Shown here one piece after another: positions 1-13,056 of a stretch of DNA of 64,000 nt (positions are counted from its first letter, which is position 1; the number at the start of each line of letters is the position of its first letter). The notes below the pieces were generated by a model. That model saw nothing but the letters and a program-made list of their open reading frames with translations. It ran no database searches and was not told the DNA's origin. Origin of the DNA: Eledone cirrhosa (Eukaryota); NCBI GenBank assembly GCA_964016885.1, contig CAXHJY010001486.1, positions 1-64,000 on the forward strand. The letters run 5' to 3'. The position numbers were made by a program, and so were the translations under genes.

Positions 1-264
1 GTCACTCTTCTTTCTTGATTTATATATATATATATATATATACTTCAAGAGATGTCAGCATAAATGGACCAGCTATTTTTATCTAAAGACATTTTTTTCC
101 AATTCCAATCCGCCCGTCCCTTTAATCTATCTTATTTCTTATTCTTTCCTCTGGTTGAAGAACTAACATCCGAAACATTAAGACCCTCTTACTGCTATTT
201 CAAGCGTTAGCCTAATATATTCCTTCCAAATACTGCACTGATAGTGTTGTTATTTCTGTTTACC

Positions 265-315
<51 letters not shown>

Positions 316-433
316 GATATATCAAAGATCCCATTCCTTCGTTTCAGAAGAAGCCCTTTAGCGTAAAAGAAGAAAAGAAGAAAGGGTTTACTTAAACTTT
401 TAATCGGTGCTAATAATAAGTACATCGCATATG

Positions 434-506
<73 letters not shown>

Positions 507-812
507 TATAATATATATAAAGTATAACACTATATATATAAATATATATATATTGTTATACTTTGGGAGGGTCATGTTGCCAATAAGAAACACACGCACC
601 CAGTTGTTTTCACTCCAAAGAAAAGAATCTTGCTAAACAAATTCAGAAACGATATATATATATATATATATGAAATACTGTGTGCTTCTTGCTCATAATA
701 ATTTCTATACTTTTCATATATATATATATATATATATATAAATATAAACCCTGGTCGAGTCTTCTCTGGATGTTGGTCTTTTTATTATTATTATAATATA
801 TATATATATGAT

Positions 813-886
<74 letters not shown>

Positions 887-1083
887 AAATAGTTAATATA
901 GAAATGGCTTCTACAGGTCTAGAACTGTTCATTCGGGAGAATGTGGAGCTGGGAACAATAGCAATTAAGAGGTGGTTCCACTCTCCAGAAAGAACTCCAT
1001 TTCTCCTGGTCAGAGACATCCTTGTCAGATGTTGTTTATCGTCATACCCATGATGATAGACGTGAGTAGTGGGAGAGAGGGGG

Positions 1084-1128
<45 letters not shown>

Positions 1129-1544
1129 AAGTAAGCATACAGAGAAAAAACACAAGAGCTGAGAATGAGTGCCATTGTGTCCGGAATTAAGTCAAGCAGA
1201 CTTATTTACGGGTAACAAACAAACGGCTTTTTGAGAGATTTTTTCCTGCCCATGTTGTAAATATATTTAAGTGATTCCGGCCTTTGTTAAGTACCTACTT
1301 CAGTATACAATTGCTTACACAAATAGCTATATGTACGAAGTGGCCGCAGATTTCTGATTAATGATGTGTCATTTTAATTAATTACAAAATTATCAACATT
1401 TAAATATCACACGCACATATGCATATACTGAAAAAACACAGACACTCTCACGCATTTACTGAAATTTCCAGTCGTCGTAGTAGTACAAAATCACAGAACA
1501 TATATAAACGAGTACGTTTATAGTAACCAAAGATCAATACATAT

Positions 1545-1586
<42 letters not shown>

Positions 1587-1814
1587 TTGCGAGGTTTTTT
1601 ATATGAAATCGTGTGTCGAAACAAATATTGTTATACTTGGGGAGGGTCATATTGTTGTAATAATATTGCCAGAATTAATAACACTTCTTGGTTGGTTTTT
1701 GCTTCTGTATCTTTAATATCAGTTAATTTATTCGGTCCTCAATGTTTACCATTGACTGACCAGCGGTCAAAAAATACAGATATAATTATAGACACAAACA
1801 CATATATATTGTCT

Positions 1815-1854
1815 AACAAAGTTATTTCGTTGCACATCTACAATCATCAGTCGT
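1815..1854 (-). ncRNA. Degenerate minimal type-I hammerhead motif
   Basis: acga CTGATGA ttgta-gatg-tgcaa c GAAA taactt tgt; core boxes intact, 5-bp stem II, stems I/III imperfect. Confidence 0.6.
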
Positions 1855-2124
1855 GCTATTATGTTCCATGCTGTTGTAGTGTATATCTACACCATCTTTA
1901 ATCTGTTTATTTATTTATTTATTTATTTTTGTCTTCTTCTTTGCACATGCGTTTGCGTGTGTGTATAGTTTTTGATGTGTGTTCGCGTTTGGGTGACGGT
2001 GTTTTGGTTTATTGTATTCTATCTTAGTTTACTAGTGTGTGTTTATATGTGTTTATGGTTATTGTGCTTGTGTATATATTTATTTATTTATTTATATTTC
2101 TCTTAGGTCAGTATTGTTTGTTGT

Positions 2125-2390
2125 TGTTATTCCATTCATTTTTTCTGTTTAGCTTTGGCCTTCTAAGTTCTATTTCACTTGCCTCTCTGATTTACCTATC
2201 TGCTGGGTCATTTCTATGTTTAGATATTATTTTAATTTCTATGTTGTCTATGTTACCGTCATGTTGTTGTCTGGCGTGTTCGTATAGTACTGAACCGTTT
2301 TTTCGCCCTTTTAGTTCCCCCCAGTATTGGTCTATCCTTTCACCTATGCTACGAGCTGTCTCGCCTATGTATGTTGTTGTCATGACAACA
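2125..2390 (-). pseudogene. GIY-YIG endonuclease C-terminal fragment, PLE type
   Basis: Translation TTYIGETARSIGERIDQY...SVLYEHARQQH...IKIISKHRNDPADR*IREASEIELRRPKLNRKNEW shows the YIGET, R..E and P.LN motifs; one in-frame stop at 2192-2194. Confidence 0.85.
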
Positions 2391-2484
2391 TAGAAATTAA
2401 AGTAATATCTAAACATAGAAATGACCCATTTATTCCTTTTCATCGTCTATTTTTTCATATATTTATTTCTATTTCTTCGGGTAT

Positions 2485-2518
2485 TTTCTGATGAGGATTA
2501 CCGTCCGAAACCTTAGAG
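2485..2518 (+). ncRNA. Minimal hammerhead motif (family also at 8911 and degenerate at ~155)
   Basis: ttt CTGATGA ggat-tacc-gtcc GAAA cctta gag; followed by a tail similar to those at 181-270 and 8944-9020. Confidence 0.6.
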
Positions 2519-2700
2519 TCTCCTTTCCCACAATATTAAGCATTAAACTAATGTATATCGTCACAGTATCACATTGTTCCCCCGCATTATTTTCTATACA
2601 CACACACACAGACATACATACATACAAGCATACATACATGATGGCTGCCCCCTCGATACATACATACATACATTCATACATACATACATACATACATACA

Positions 2701-2734
<34 letters not shown>

Positions 2735-2966
2735 CACATTAACTCACTCACTCACACATAGAGATAATCCCATGCCAAACAACCATCCCGACATAAAGTA
2801 ATTCCATTTATGAACAAATGCTAATTACAAACACACTACACATCCGCCGCTCATAAACAAGACAATTCTGTAGAGAGCAACTGGCGACATCTACTTCCGG
2901 ATTACGCCATTTTTCAAATACAAATGCATATATATATATATATAATATATATATATATTATATATA

Positions 2967-3016
<50 letters not shown>

Positions 3017-3206
3017 GTGTGTGTGTGTGTGTGTGTGTGCATGTGTTTGTGTGTGTGCGTGTGTGTATATGTGTGTGTATGTTTATACGACACAACATAA
3101 ATGTATATATATATATATGTATCGAGCCAGTTTTTCCATATAAAACAAGTAACATTTAGAGACCAACCAGATGTGAGAAAAACCACAGACCCTCCATCTC
3201 AACTCA

Positions 3207-3244
3207 CCTTTTGAAAAGCAGAAGAACTGCGAAACCGGTAAAGG
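3207..3244 (+). ncRNA. Minimal type-I hammerhead with U3-A8 core variant
   Basis: CCTT TTGAAAA GCAG-aagaa-CTGC GAAA CCGG TA AAGG: stem I CCTT/AAGG, stem II 4 bp, palindromic ACCGGT stem III, GUA triplet. Confidence 0.75.
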
Positions 3245-3393
3245 AACCAAATAAATATATATATTTTTAAAAAATAAGACTTCAGTTGCATTTTCGATTT
3301 CATCCCTTTTTCTTTATAACTTCCACTCGTGTAGGACACCTCGGTTATTTTTCATTTTGTAAAAAAAAACCTCACTTTCTAATATATATATAT

Positions 3394-3445
<52 letters not shown>

Positions 3446-3450
3446 CAAAC

Positions 3451-3484
<34 letters not shown>

Positions 3485-3588
3485 ATGTGTATGTGTGTGT
3501 GTATGTGTGTGTGTATATGTGTATACGACACAACATAAATTATATATATATATATATATAATATATAATATATACAAACATATAATAT

Positions 3589-3674
<86 letters not shown>

Positions 3675-3678
<4 letters not shown>

Positions 3679-3850
3679 ATAAATCAGAGAATGTCTGTCT
3701 GTCTGACTCCCTAAAACTCGAGAACCACCCAACTCATTGTTTTCAAACTTTACACATGTAATACTTCTGTGAGTGTTTTGAGAAAAGAAAATTTCAAATT
3801 TTCAATGCCCTAGAGACCGCATTAGACGATTTAGCGATCTCTCTATAATT
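3675..3850 (+). mobile_element. Possible non-autonomous Helitron-like 5' fragment
   Basis: Starts ATCTCTATAAA, then (GTCT)n and AAAACTCGAGAACCACCCAAC...TTCAAACTTTACAC, a layout resembling Helitron-N/DINE-like 5' ends; recognised from memory only. Confidence 0.35.
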
Positions 3851-3954
3851 CTTAGTCTTTCTTTTAGATAGATACATAGCTACAACGTCGCGCCCTTATA
3901 ATATCTGTCTGTATGTCTGGCTGTCTGCATGATGACGCTATCTGTCTGTGTGTA

Positions 3955-4212
3955 TCTATCTATCTAAGGCGGGTAAAATTCCCGAGATCCATGGACGAGT
4001 TCTCTCCAGCGGTCTCTGTCCCTCATTATCGCTGCCATATCCTGCATCTCCAACAGACCAGTGTCTGTCCTTAGGGCATCAACATATGTTAACCTTGGTC
4101 TTCCTCTTCTAGTGTGTCCATGTAGGGGCTCCCAAAGAAGCACTGAGTGCAATGTCAACTCTGGATGTCGGTGAGCATGTCCAGCCAACCTCAGTCTCCT
4201 CTGTGCCACTTT
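3955..4212 (-). mobile_element. RTE-clade LINE 3' fragment with (GATA)n tail
   Basis: ORF 3964-4209 QRRLRLAGHAHRH...LLWEP...RRGRPRLTYVDAL...DRDRWRELV is a typical RTE post-RT C-terminus; the stop codon runs into AGATAGATAG. Confidence 0.85.
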
Positions 4213-4257
4213 TGTGGGCTGAGAATGAGTGTGTGTGTGTATATATGCATATATATA

Positions 4258-4319
<62 letters not shown>

Positions 4320-4386
4320 AAAGAGATGAAATCGAAAATGCAACTGGAGTCTTATTTTTTTTTTAAATATATATATTTATTTGGTT

Positions 4387-4424
4387 CCTTTACCGGTTTC
4401 GCAGTTCTTATGCTTTTCAAAAGG
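4387..4424 (-). ncRNA. Minimal hammerhead, U3-A8 variant (inverted copy of 3207-3244)
   Basis: Reverse complement CCTT TTGAAAA GCA-taagaac-TGC GAAA CCGG TA AAGG, within inverted repeat 3172-3312/4320-4458. Confidence 0.7.
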
Positions 4425-4573
4425 TGAGCTGAGACGGAGGGTCTGTGGTTTTTCTCATTGTAGATTATCAGGGTTTTTTTCCGTGCGAAGAAAATCGATA
4501 CTTTTATCGCGAAATAAATACTTTTGTTTATATTTTGTTATTGTGTATGCAAAAATATCTGCACACGAATATA

Positions 4574-4609
<36 letters not shown>

Positions 4610-4612
<3 letters not shown>

Positions 4613-5194
4613 GTTTCTGAATTTGTTTAGCAAGATTCTTTATCTGAAATCGTGTGTTGAAACCGATATTGTTATACTTTGGGAGGGTCATGTTGCCAAT
4701 AAGAAACTCACGCACCAGTTGCTTTCACTTCATCATGTTATTATATATTTATAAATTTATAAATTTATAAGTTTCTGGTTGGTTGGTTCCACAACCAGAT
4801 AGTTGTTTATATATAGTCATAGTTCTTTCGTCACACACTCTGTGACCTCTTCAGTGACTGGGGATTCCTTTCTTTGTTTCTGTACCTCTCCTTTGTTCTG
4901 TCCTACGCCATTTTGTTTCTGTGTGTGTGTTGTGTGCTCAGTCTGCGCATGCGCCACATCCGGGTGTCTGTGTGTGTTTATGTTCATTTATTTATTTGTT
5001 TATTTACATGTTACTGGTTGGTTGTTTGTTCTATGTGTGTGTGTGTTTCATTTTGTCCTTAATTGTAAGTTGTGATGTTGCTGTTCCACTCATATTTTCT
5101 ATTTAATTAACCAACCAACCAGAAATTTATAAATTTATAAATTTATAAATATATAATAAATTGAAGTGAAAGCAACTGGTGCATGTGTTTCTTA
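4610..5194 (-). mobile_element. PLE-derived non-coding element with HHR and partial inverted copy
   Basis: 4610-4905 matches 18440-18745; 5109-5194 is an inverted copy of 4699-4788. Confidence 0.75.
4816..4858 (-). ncRNA. Minimal type-I hammerhead
   Basis: GTCA CTGAAGA g GTCACA-gagtg-TGTGAC GAAA GAAC TA TGAC; stem I GTCA/TGAC, 6-bp stem II. Confidence 0.8.
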
Positions 5195-5487
5195 CAATAT
5201 GTTTGCCTATATTTCTCTTTTCAATTACGGCGGAGCTGTAGCCATGTGGAGGTTTGAAGGTGTGGAAATGTGGAAGTATGGAGGTGTGAAGGTATGGAGG
5301 TGTGGAGGTATAACGGTGTGGGGGCGTGGAAATGTGCGGCAGTGTGGAAATGTAGACGTGTAGAGGTGTGGTGGGTGTAGCAGAGTAGATGTGTTGAAAT
5401 GTGGAGGGGTGGAGGGTATGGAAGTGTTTTTAATGTGGAGGGGTTGGGTGCTGGAGTGTGAAGCTGTGTACCTTTTTCTCCATCTGA

Positions 5488-5600
5488 TTGAACTGGAGCA
5501 ATATGAAATAAAGTGTTTTGTTCAAGGACACGAAGTGCCGCACGTTTCGGAAATCGGGTGCACGTATATGAACTAAACGACCAAAGCTCTGATCCACGAG
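5488..5600 (-). mobile_element. SINE fragment (MIR/CORE-like family)
   Basis: ACTGGAGCAATATGAAATAAAGTGTTTTGTTCAAGGACAC shared with 40220-40262 and 57558-57600. Confidence 0.6.
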
Positions 5601-5869
5601 CCTTCCCTACCTATTTGGTAGTACAATTATATCCTACCTCCGGGGAAATGCCTTCTCAATTCTGTCTGCCGGGGCTGTGAAGAGGCCAGCACGTGGGACC
5701 CCATTTGCTCACCATACAGAGAGTTGGGGGAGGGCGAGAAAGATGGAGGCGATGACAGTGGGAGTTCGGCTCTTCCACGTTCGGACCATATCCTTGTGGT
5801 TATGTTCATTGTTTATACCCTATTGACCATTTAACCATCAACCAGTTAATCTCTCAACCACCTTCCAAT

Positions 5870-6025
5870 TGAATATAAGACTTTCCAGTGGGGTCCTGTC
5901 TGAACCAACTGATCCGGTAAGATCCCCAAGCGTGACCAGCCAAGCTCATGGATGTTATCCAACCATCTTGCTCAGGGTCTGACCTCTGGGTCTCCTGCCG
6001 GATGGTTTTTCCAGCACTACCTTAT
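5870..6025 (-). mobile_element. Degenerate RTE-type LINE C-terminal fragment
   Basis: Minus strand reads VLEKPSGRRPRG, then after a frameshift ARWLDNIHELGWSRLGI, matching the GRRPRGRP..RW.D motif. Confidence 0.55.
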
Positions 6026-6316
6026 AATTCAATACTGGGCATGGCAAATTATTACCTCGTGTCTGATGAACTAACTAAAATACCAGAAAAATCAACAGAA
6101 AACATATATTAAGTTTATATTTCTTTTAAATGGGAAACTTTATTCGTGTGAATATTTGGTAATATAGTTGGAAATTTAAAATCAAAATGGCTACAGAAGC
6201 TAGTATATACGTTTCTCTGGCGGTTTACATACTCGAAAAAGTTTTCCGAAATTGCTGTCTTAACTGAATTATATTTTATTTCCCGCAGAAGTTACATTTT
6301 TTACGTTTGGAGTTCC

Positions 6317-6470
<154 letters not shown>

Positions 6471-6628
6471 TGTGTGTGTGTGTAAATGCATATGTAGATG
6501 TATATGTAAATGTACATCTATCTATATATATACTGTATATACACGTTTATGTATGTGTACATATACATATGTATTTGTATATATATATATATATATGTAC
6601 ATACCATATATATATATATATACACACA

Positions 6629-6695
<67 letters not shown>

Positions 6696-7075
6696 TACAT
6701 ATATGTGTATATGCATACACATATACATATATATATATATATATATATACATATATATGTGTGTGTGTGTATGTATGTATGTTTGTATGTATGTATGTAT
6801 GTATGTATATATGTATAAATGTATGTATATTGTAACTATGTAACTATACTTCCATTCCAACAGTACTTCTTGCCAATATATATGCTTTCCTGCCATGTTC
6901 TCTCTGATCTTTTAGATTTTTGGAATTATGAAAAAAAGAAAAAAAGAAAAAAAAACCAGTATGGTGGTGTTCGAGATATACAGCTATAACAAAAAAAAAT
7001 TTTCAAACCTTCACAATATTTCAAAATATATACTTTTTAATCGAATGTGGAAAAGAAAATGTAAAAATTGCAATC

Positions 7076-7139
<64 letters not shown>

Positions 7140-7279
7140 TAATAATAAAGTATATGTAACGTAATCTTTTAGCAATACATCTTTTAAACTACTTTACGAA
7201 GAAAGAAAAAAAATCTGGAATAATATTAAAGAATTCTACTACAAAATATTTTACCTTTATATATATAGAGAGAGAGAGA

Positions 7280-7399
<120 letters not shown>

Positions 7400-7451
7400 G
7401 TGTACATCTATATATATATATATATAATATATATATGTATATATATGTACA

Positions 7452-7542
<91 letters not shown>

Positions 7543-7671
7543 TCGGTATCCGTATATCTATTATATATGTGTTGTATCATATTTCCTATTTCAACTTGAC
7601 TATCACTGTGTAAATGATGCACTTAGCATCGTCGTGTTTTTTTCTCTTTTCATTTTATTTACCAAACCGTA

Positions 7672-7746
<75 letters not shown>

Positions 7747-7827
7747 AAACAGCAACAACAAAAAAAAAACAGCAACGACAACAACTACACCAACATCGTC
7801 AACAACTACATGAGCTACAACATCAGC

Positions 7828-7859
<32 letters not shown>

Positions 7860-7971
7860 CTACAGCAACGGCAACATCAACAACAAAAACAAAAACACAA
7901 CAACAACAACAATAACAACTGCGTCAACAACTACAGCAACGGCAACAACAACAAAAACAACAACAACAGCT

Positions 7972-8004
<33 letters not shown>

Positions 8005-8487
8005 GCAGCAGCTACTACTACTACAACAGCAACAACCTATAATGGAAAATGGTTGCCAAAATACATATATTAAAATAAAATATACAATATATATCAACGA
8101 AAATCAGGCCGTCACTTTAATTAATGTAAAGAACTCTGTGTAAAAGTCAATATAGCAATTTGCAGTTTTGGCATTTTACACACAAATTCTTCACTCCATT
8201 TTTTTTTTATAAATAATTCTTGTAAGTTGTATTCCACTTAAACAGCAAGCGTTCATTTTTTTTTTTTTTTTACTTTTTTCCAAAGTACGACTCACATTTT
8301 GGGGTTTTTTTTTGTTTGTTTGTTTGTTATTGCTAGAGTTGTATCTGTTAGTATGGAATATAGTGACTTCTAGCAGTGACCAAATCATAGTTGTCGTTTG
8401 CATGAGAAAGAAAATGTGTTTAGGACTTTGTAAAATTGTTATTGTTTCACTGCTTGTAGTCATTCGAATACCGCCATGTTTGGTCAA

Positions 8488-8650
8488 GGCGGTGAATTGA
8501 CTGAGTCTGTAGAACATTGTATAGAAAGAATGCTTTGCAATATTCGTTCCGACTCTCTGCTCTCTGAGTTCAAATCCTACCGAGGTCAACTTTGCTTTTC
8601 ATCAATTTAAGGTCAATAATAAAAAGTACCAGTCTAATACTGGCTTTGAT
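8488..8650 (+). mobile_element. tRNA-derived SINE (octopus-type), diverged
   Basis: GGCGGTGAATTG...TCTGAGTTCAAATCC (B box) CCGAGGTCAACTTTGCTTTTCATC...AAAAAGTACCAGT; same family as 35708-36420. Confidence 0.75.
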
Positions 8651-8910
8651 TCTTCCTCTATATCTCTTTCTAACTTTCTATCTCTCTCACTTTCTCTCCT
8701 TCTATGGAAGAAATCTGCTGTATTCTAGAGAGAAGACGGACTCCAAAGGTGTTAAAATGTTCTAGAAATGGCATTTGTCAATATGGCGCTCCTAAAAGCC
8801 CCTCAGGAGTTATGGGTCCATACATACATATATGTTTGAGGACTGCCTCTATTAGCTTCCTTCCCCCACCTTCTCACAGTACTCATACATCTGTCGCTTC
8901 TCTTTTAACT

Positions 8911-8943
8911 TTCCTGAAGAAGGATTCTATCCGAAACGTTGAA
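8911..8943 (+). ncRNA. Minimal hammerhead motif
   Basis: TTC CTGAAGA a GGAT-tct-ATCC GAAA CGTT GAA; palindromic AACGTT, stem I TTC/GAA. Confidence 0.65.
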
Positions 8944-9062
8944 ACATCTTCCAATTCTTCCAAGCGTAAAGCTAATATAACTCTGTACTTTTACCTGTGT
9001 AGTTTTGTTTGTTTCATTTAGTAACTGTACATGTACATATTTATATGCGTACTATATATATA

Positions 9063-9096
<34 letters not shown>

Positions 9097-9167
9097 CATA
9101 TATACACACAGAATTTTTCTACAAATTTCTACAAATTCCATGCTTGACGACCCTATATAGATATGCA

Positions 9168-9518
<351 letters not shown>

Positions 9519-10109
9519 GGAGAGAGAGAGAGAGTCAGACAGACAGAGAGAGAGATGGAGATGTGTGTGTATATGTATGTATGTATGTTTGTATGTATGT
9601 ATGTATGTATGTATGTATGTATGTATGTATGTATGTATATATGTATATAATGATCAATGTTATAGGTTATAGAAAAGAAGCCAGGCTGAGGCAGACATAA
9701 TGAATAACAGACGAAGGGAGAGAGAGAGGGGGTGTAGACAGAGAGAGAAAGAGGGAGGGAAGAGGGAAGAATGGACATAAACAATACGTATAGTATATGT
9801 AGAATACGTCCTTGAATGAGGATCGAAATCAGACAGACCAATATAAAGATTTCAATTAGAAAATCTATATCAATGGACGGAGAGGCAATGTATGTAGTTG
9901 GGGTGACCAACCGCTGAGTGCAGACATCAGACAAAGCTGATTCTGTTAGTGTATATGCTAGTACGGATGTACGGATATGTAATGTATTTAATATAAGTAT
10001 GTGTCAATGTGTGTGAGCAGACGATTGTGTGTGTATAATATGTGTGAGTATGCATATGCGTGTGTATATATATGTGTATGTGTGTGTATATATATAATGT
10101 ATATATGTG

Positions 10110-11500
10110 CGTGAATAATGTTTGTGTATAATGTTTGTGAGTGCGCATATGCGTGTATATAGATATATGTGTACGTATGCGTGTATAATGTATATGTGTA
10201 TGTGTATGTATAATGTTATGTATGTGTGTATAATGTATGTGAGTGTGCATATGCGTGTATATAGATATATGTGTACGTATGCGTGTATAATGTATATTTG
10301 TATGTGTATGTATAATGTTATGTCTGTGTGTATAATGTATGTTAGTGTGCATATGCGTGTATATAGATATATGTGTACGTATGCGTGTATAATGTATATT
10401 TGTATGTGTATGTATAATGTTATGTCTGTGTGTATAATGTTTGTGAGTGTGCAGATGCGTGTATATAGATATATGTGTACGTATGCGTGTATAATGTATA
10501 TTTGTATGTGTATGTATAATGTTATGTCTGTGTGTATAATGTATGTGAGTGTGCAGATGCGTGTATATAGATATATGTGTACGTATGCGTGTATAATGTA
10601 TATTTGTATGTGTATGTATAATGTTATGTCTGTGTGTATAATGTATGTGAGTGTGCAGATGCGTGTATATAGATATATGTGTACGTATGCGTGTATAATG
10701 TATATTTGTATGTATATGTATAATGTTATGCCTGTGTGTATAATGTATGTGAGTGTGCAGATGCGTGTATATAGATATATGTGTACGTATGCGTGTATAA
10801 TGTATATTTGTATGTGTATGTATAATGTTATGTCTGTGTGTATAATGTATGTGAGTGTGCATATGCGTGTATATAGATATGTGTACGTATGCGTGTATAA
10901 TGTATATTTGTATGTGTATGTTTAATGTTGTCTGTGTGTATAATGTATGTGAGTGTGCAGATGCGTGTATATAGATATATGTGTACGTATGCGTGTATAA
11001 TGTATATTTGTATGTGTATGTATAATGTTATGTCTGTGTGTATAATGTATGTGAGTGTGCATATGCGTGTATATAGATATATGTGTACGTATGCGTGTAT
11101 AATGTATATTTGTATGTGTATGTATAATGTTATGTCTGTGTGTATAATGTATGTGAGTGTGCATATGCGTGTATATAGATATATGTGTACGTATGCGTGT
11201 ATAATGTATATTTGTATGTGTATGTATAATGTTATGTCTGTGTGTATAATGTATGTGAGTGTGCATATGCGTGTATATAGATATATGTGTACGTATGCGT
11301 GTATAATGCATATTTGTATGTGTATGTATAATGTTATGCCTGTGTGTATAATGTATGTGAGTTTGCAGATGCGTGTATATAGATATATGTGTACGTATGC
11401 GTGTATAATGTATATTTGTATGTGTATGTTTAATGTTGTCTGTGTGTATAATGTATGTGAGTGTGCATATGCGTGTATATAGATATATGTGTACGTATGT
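10110..11500. repeat. 102-bp minisatellite, about 13-14 copies
   Basis: Unit ...GCGTGTATATAGATATATGTGTACGTATGCGTGTATAATG... recurs every 102 bp (34-aa periodicity in the ORF track). Confidence 0.95.
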
Positions 11501-11929
11501 GTCTATAATGCATATTTGTGTGTATATATATATATAATGTATATATCTGTGTGTAAAATGTTTGTGAGTTGCATATGTGTGTATACAGATATATGTGTGT
11601 CCGTATGTGTGTATGATGCATACATGTGTGTGTATATATATAATGTAATATGTCTGTTTGCATAATGTTTTTGAGTGTGTATATGCGTGTATACATATAT
11701 GTGTGTGTATAATACATATGTGTGTGTCTATATAATGTATATATGGCTGTGTGCATAATATATGAGTGTGCATATGCGTGTATATATACAGACAAGTGTA
11801 TGTGTGTGTGTATATATAATCCATATGTGTGTGTGTATTTGTGTATATATATAATACATATGTGTCTGTCTATATAATGTATATGTATGTGTGTATAATG
11901 TATGGGAGTGTGCATATGTGTGTATGCGT

Positions 11930-12430
11930 ATGTGTGTATAATGCATGTGTGTTTATATGCGTGTATACAGATACGTGTATGCGTGAGTGTTTGTGTATAA
12001 TGCATATGTGTGTTTATATGCGTGTATACAGATACGTGTATGCGTGTGTGTGTGTATAATGCATATGTGTGTTTATACGCGTGTATACAGATACGTGTAT
12101 GCGTGTGTGTGTGTGTATAATGCATATGTGTGTTTATATGCGTGTATACAGATACGTGTATGCGTGTGTGTGTGTATAATGCATATGTGTGTTTATATGA
12201 GTGTATACAGGTACGTGTATGCGTGTGTGTGTGTATAATGCATATGTGTGTTTATATGCGTGTATACAGATACGTGTATGCGTGTGTGTGTGTATAATGC
12301 ATATGTGTGTTTATATGCGTGTATACAGATACGTGTATGCGTGTGTGTGTGTATAATGCATATGTGTGTTTATATGCGCGTATACAGATACGTGTATGCG
12401 TGTGTGTGTGTATAATGCATATGTATGTTT
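11930..12430. repeat. ~58-bp minisatellite, about 8 copies
   Basis: Unit ATAATGCATATGTGTGTTTATATGCGTGTATACAGATACGTGTATGCG(TG)n. Confidence 0.9.
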
Positions 12431-12637
12431 ATAATGTATATGTATGTATGTAGGTATGTATAATGTATGCGCGTGTATAGGTTATGTGTATGTTCATGTT
12501 TGTGGTCGCGTGGGTGAGTGTATGTAATAAATTCTAATCCATCTTTTCTGAGTAAAATTTTCATTAAACTGGTAGAAAGGGAATACATTAAAATTTGGCA
12601 GATTTTCGTCCTCTATATTTCTCTATATGTTGGCATA

Positions 12638-12893
12638 TAGTGCTGGGCCCATGGTACCACGTGATGACAAGTGCAGAGAGATCTCCAGATACAAAGCAAT
12701 GCCTGTGCCGTGAAGCTTTTATAGTGAGCAAAGGCACTGCACAAAGCCAGTCCCACTCTCTTAACCAAGATGATATTTACCAAAAAGAAGAACAAGTCAA
12801 CATCATTGGATACCATCAGGGTTGCAGGTGTATATCAGAGTTTTCCTTCTCCTAGAATTCTGCCTTGACAAAGGCTAAGGGGTCATCTCTCCC
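12638..12893 (-). mobile_element. Non-autonomous retroposon (copies at 19375-19785 and, diverged, 25445-25735)
   Basis: About 250 bp nearly identical to 19530-19783; abuts (CATA)n. Strand inferred from the GCAGCCATC(ATGT)n end seen in other copies. Confidence 0.7.
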
Positions 12894-13056
12894 ATACATA
12901 CATACATACATACATACATACATACATACATACATACATACATACATACAAAGATACATACATACATACATACATACATACATACATACATACATACATA
13001 CATACATACATACATACATACATACATACATAAAAAATAAAAAAATAAAAAATTGA

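Larger units (their letters stand above)
1582..2390 (-). mobile_element. 5'-truncated Penelope-like element (PLE) 3' end: GIY-YIG remnant, 3' UTR with HHR motif, terminal tail, in (TA)n
   Basis: On the minus strand, in order: GIY-YIG peptide, HHR-like core at 1815-1854, then terminus CAATATGACCCTCCCCAAGTATAACAATAT plus tail, closely matching the palindromic family at 18440-19005; abuts (TA)n. Confidence 0.8.
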
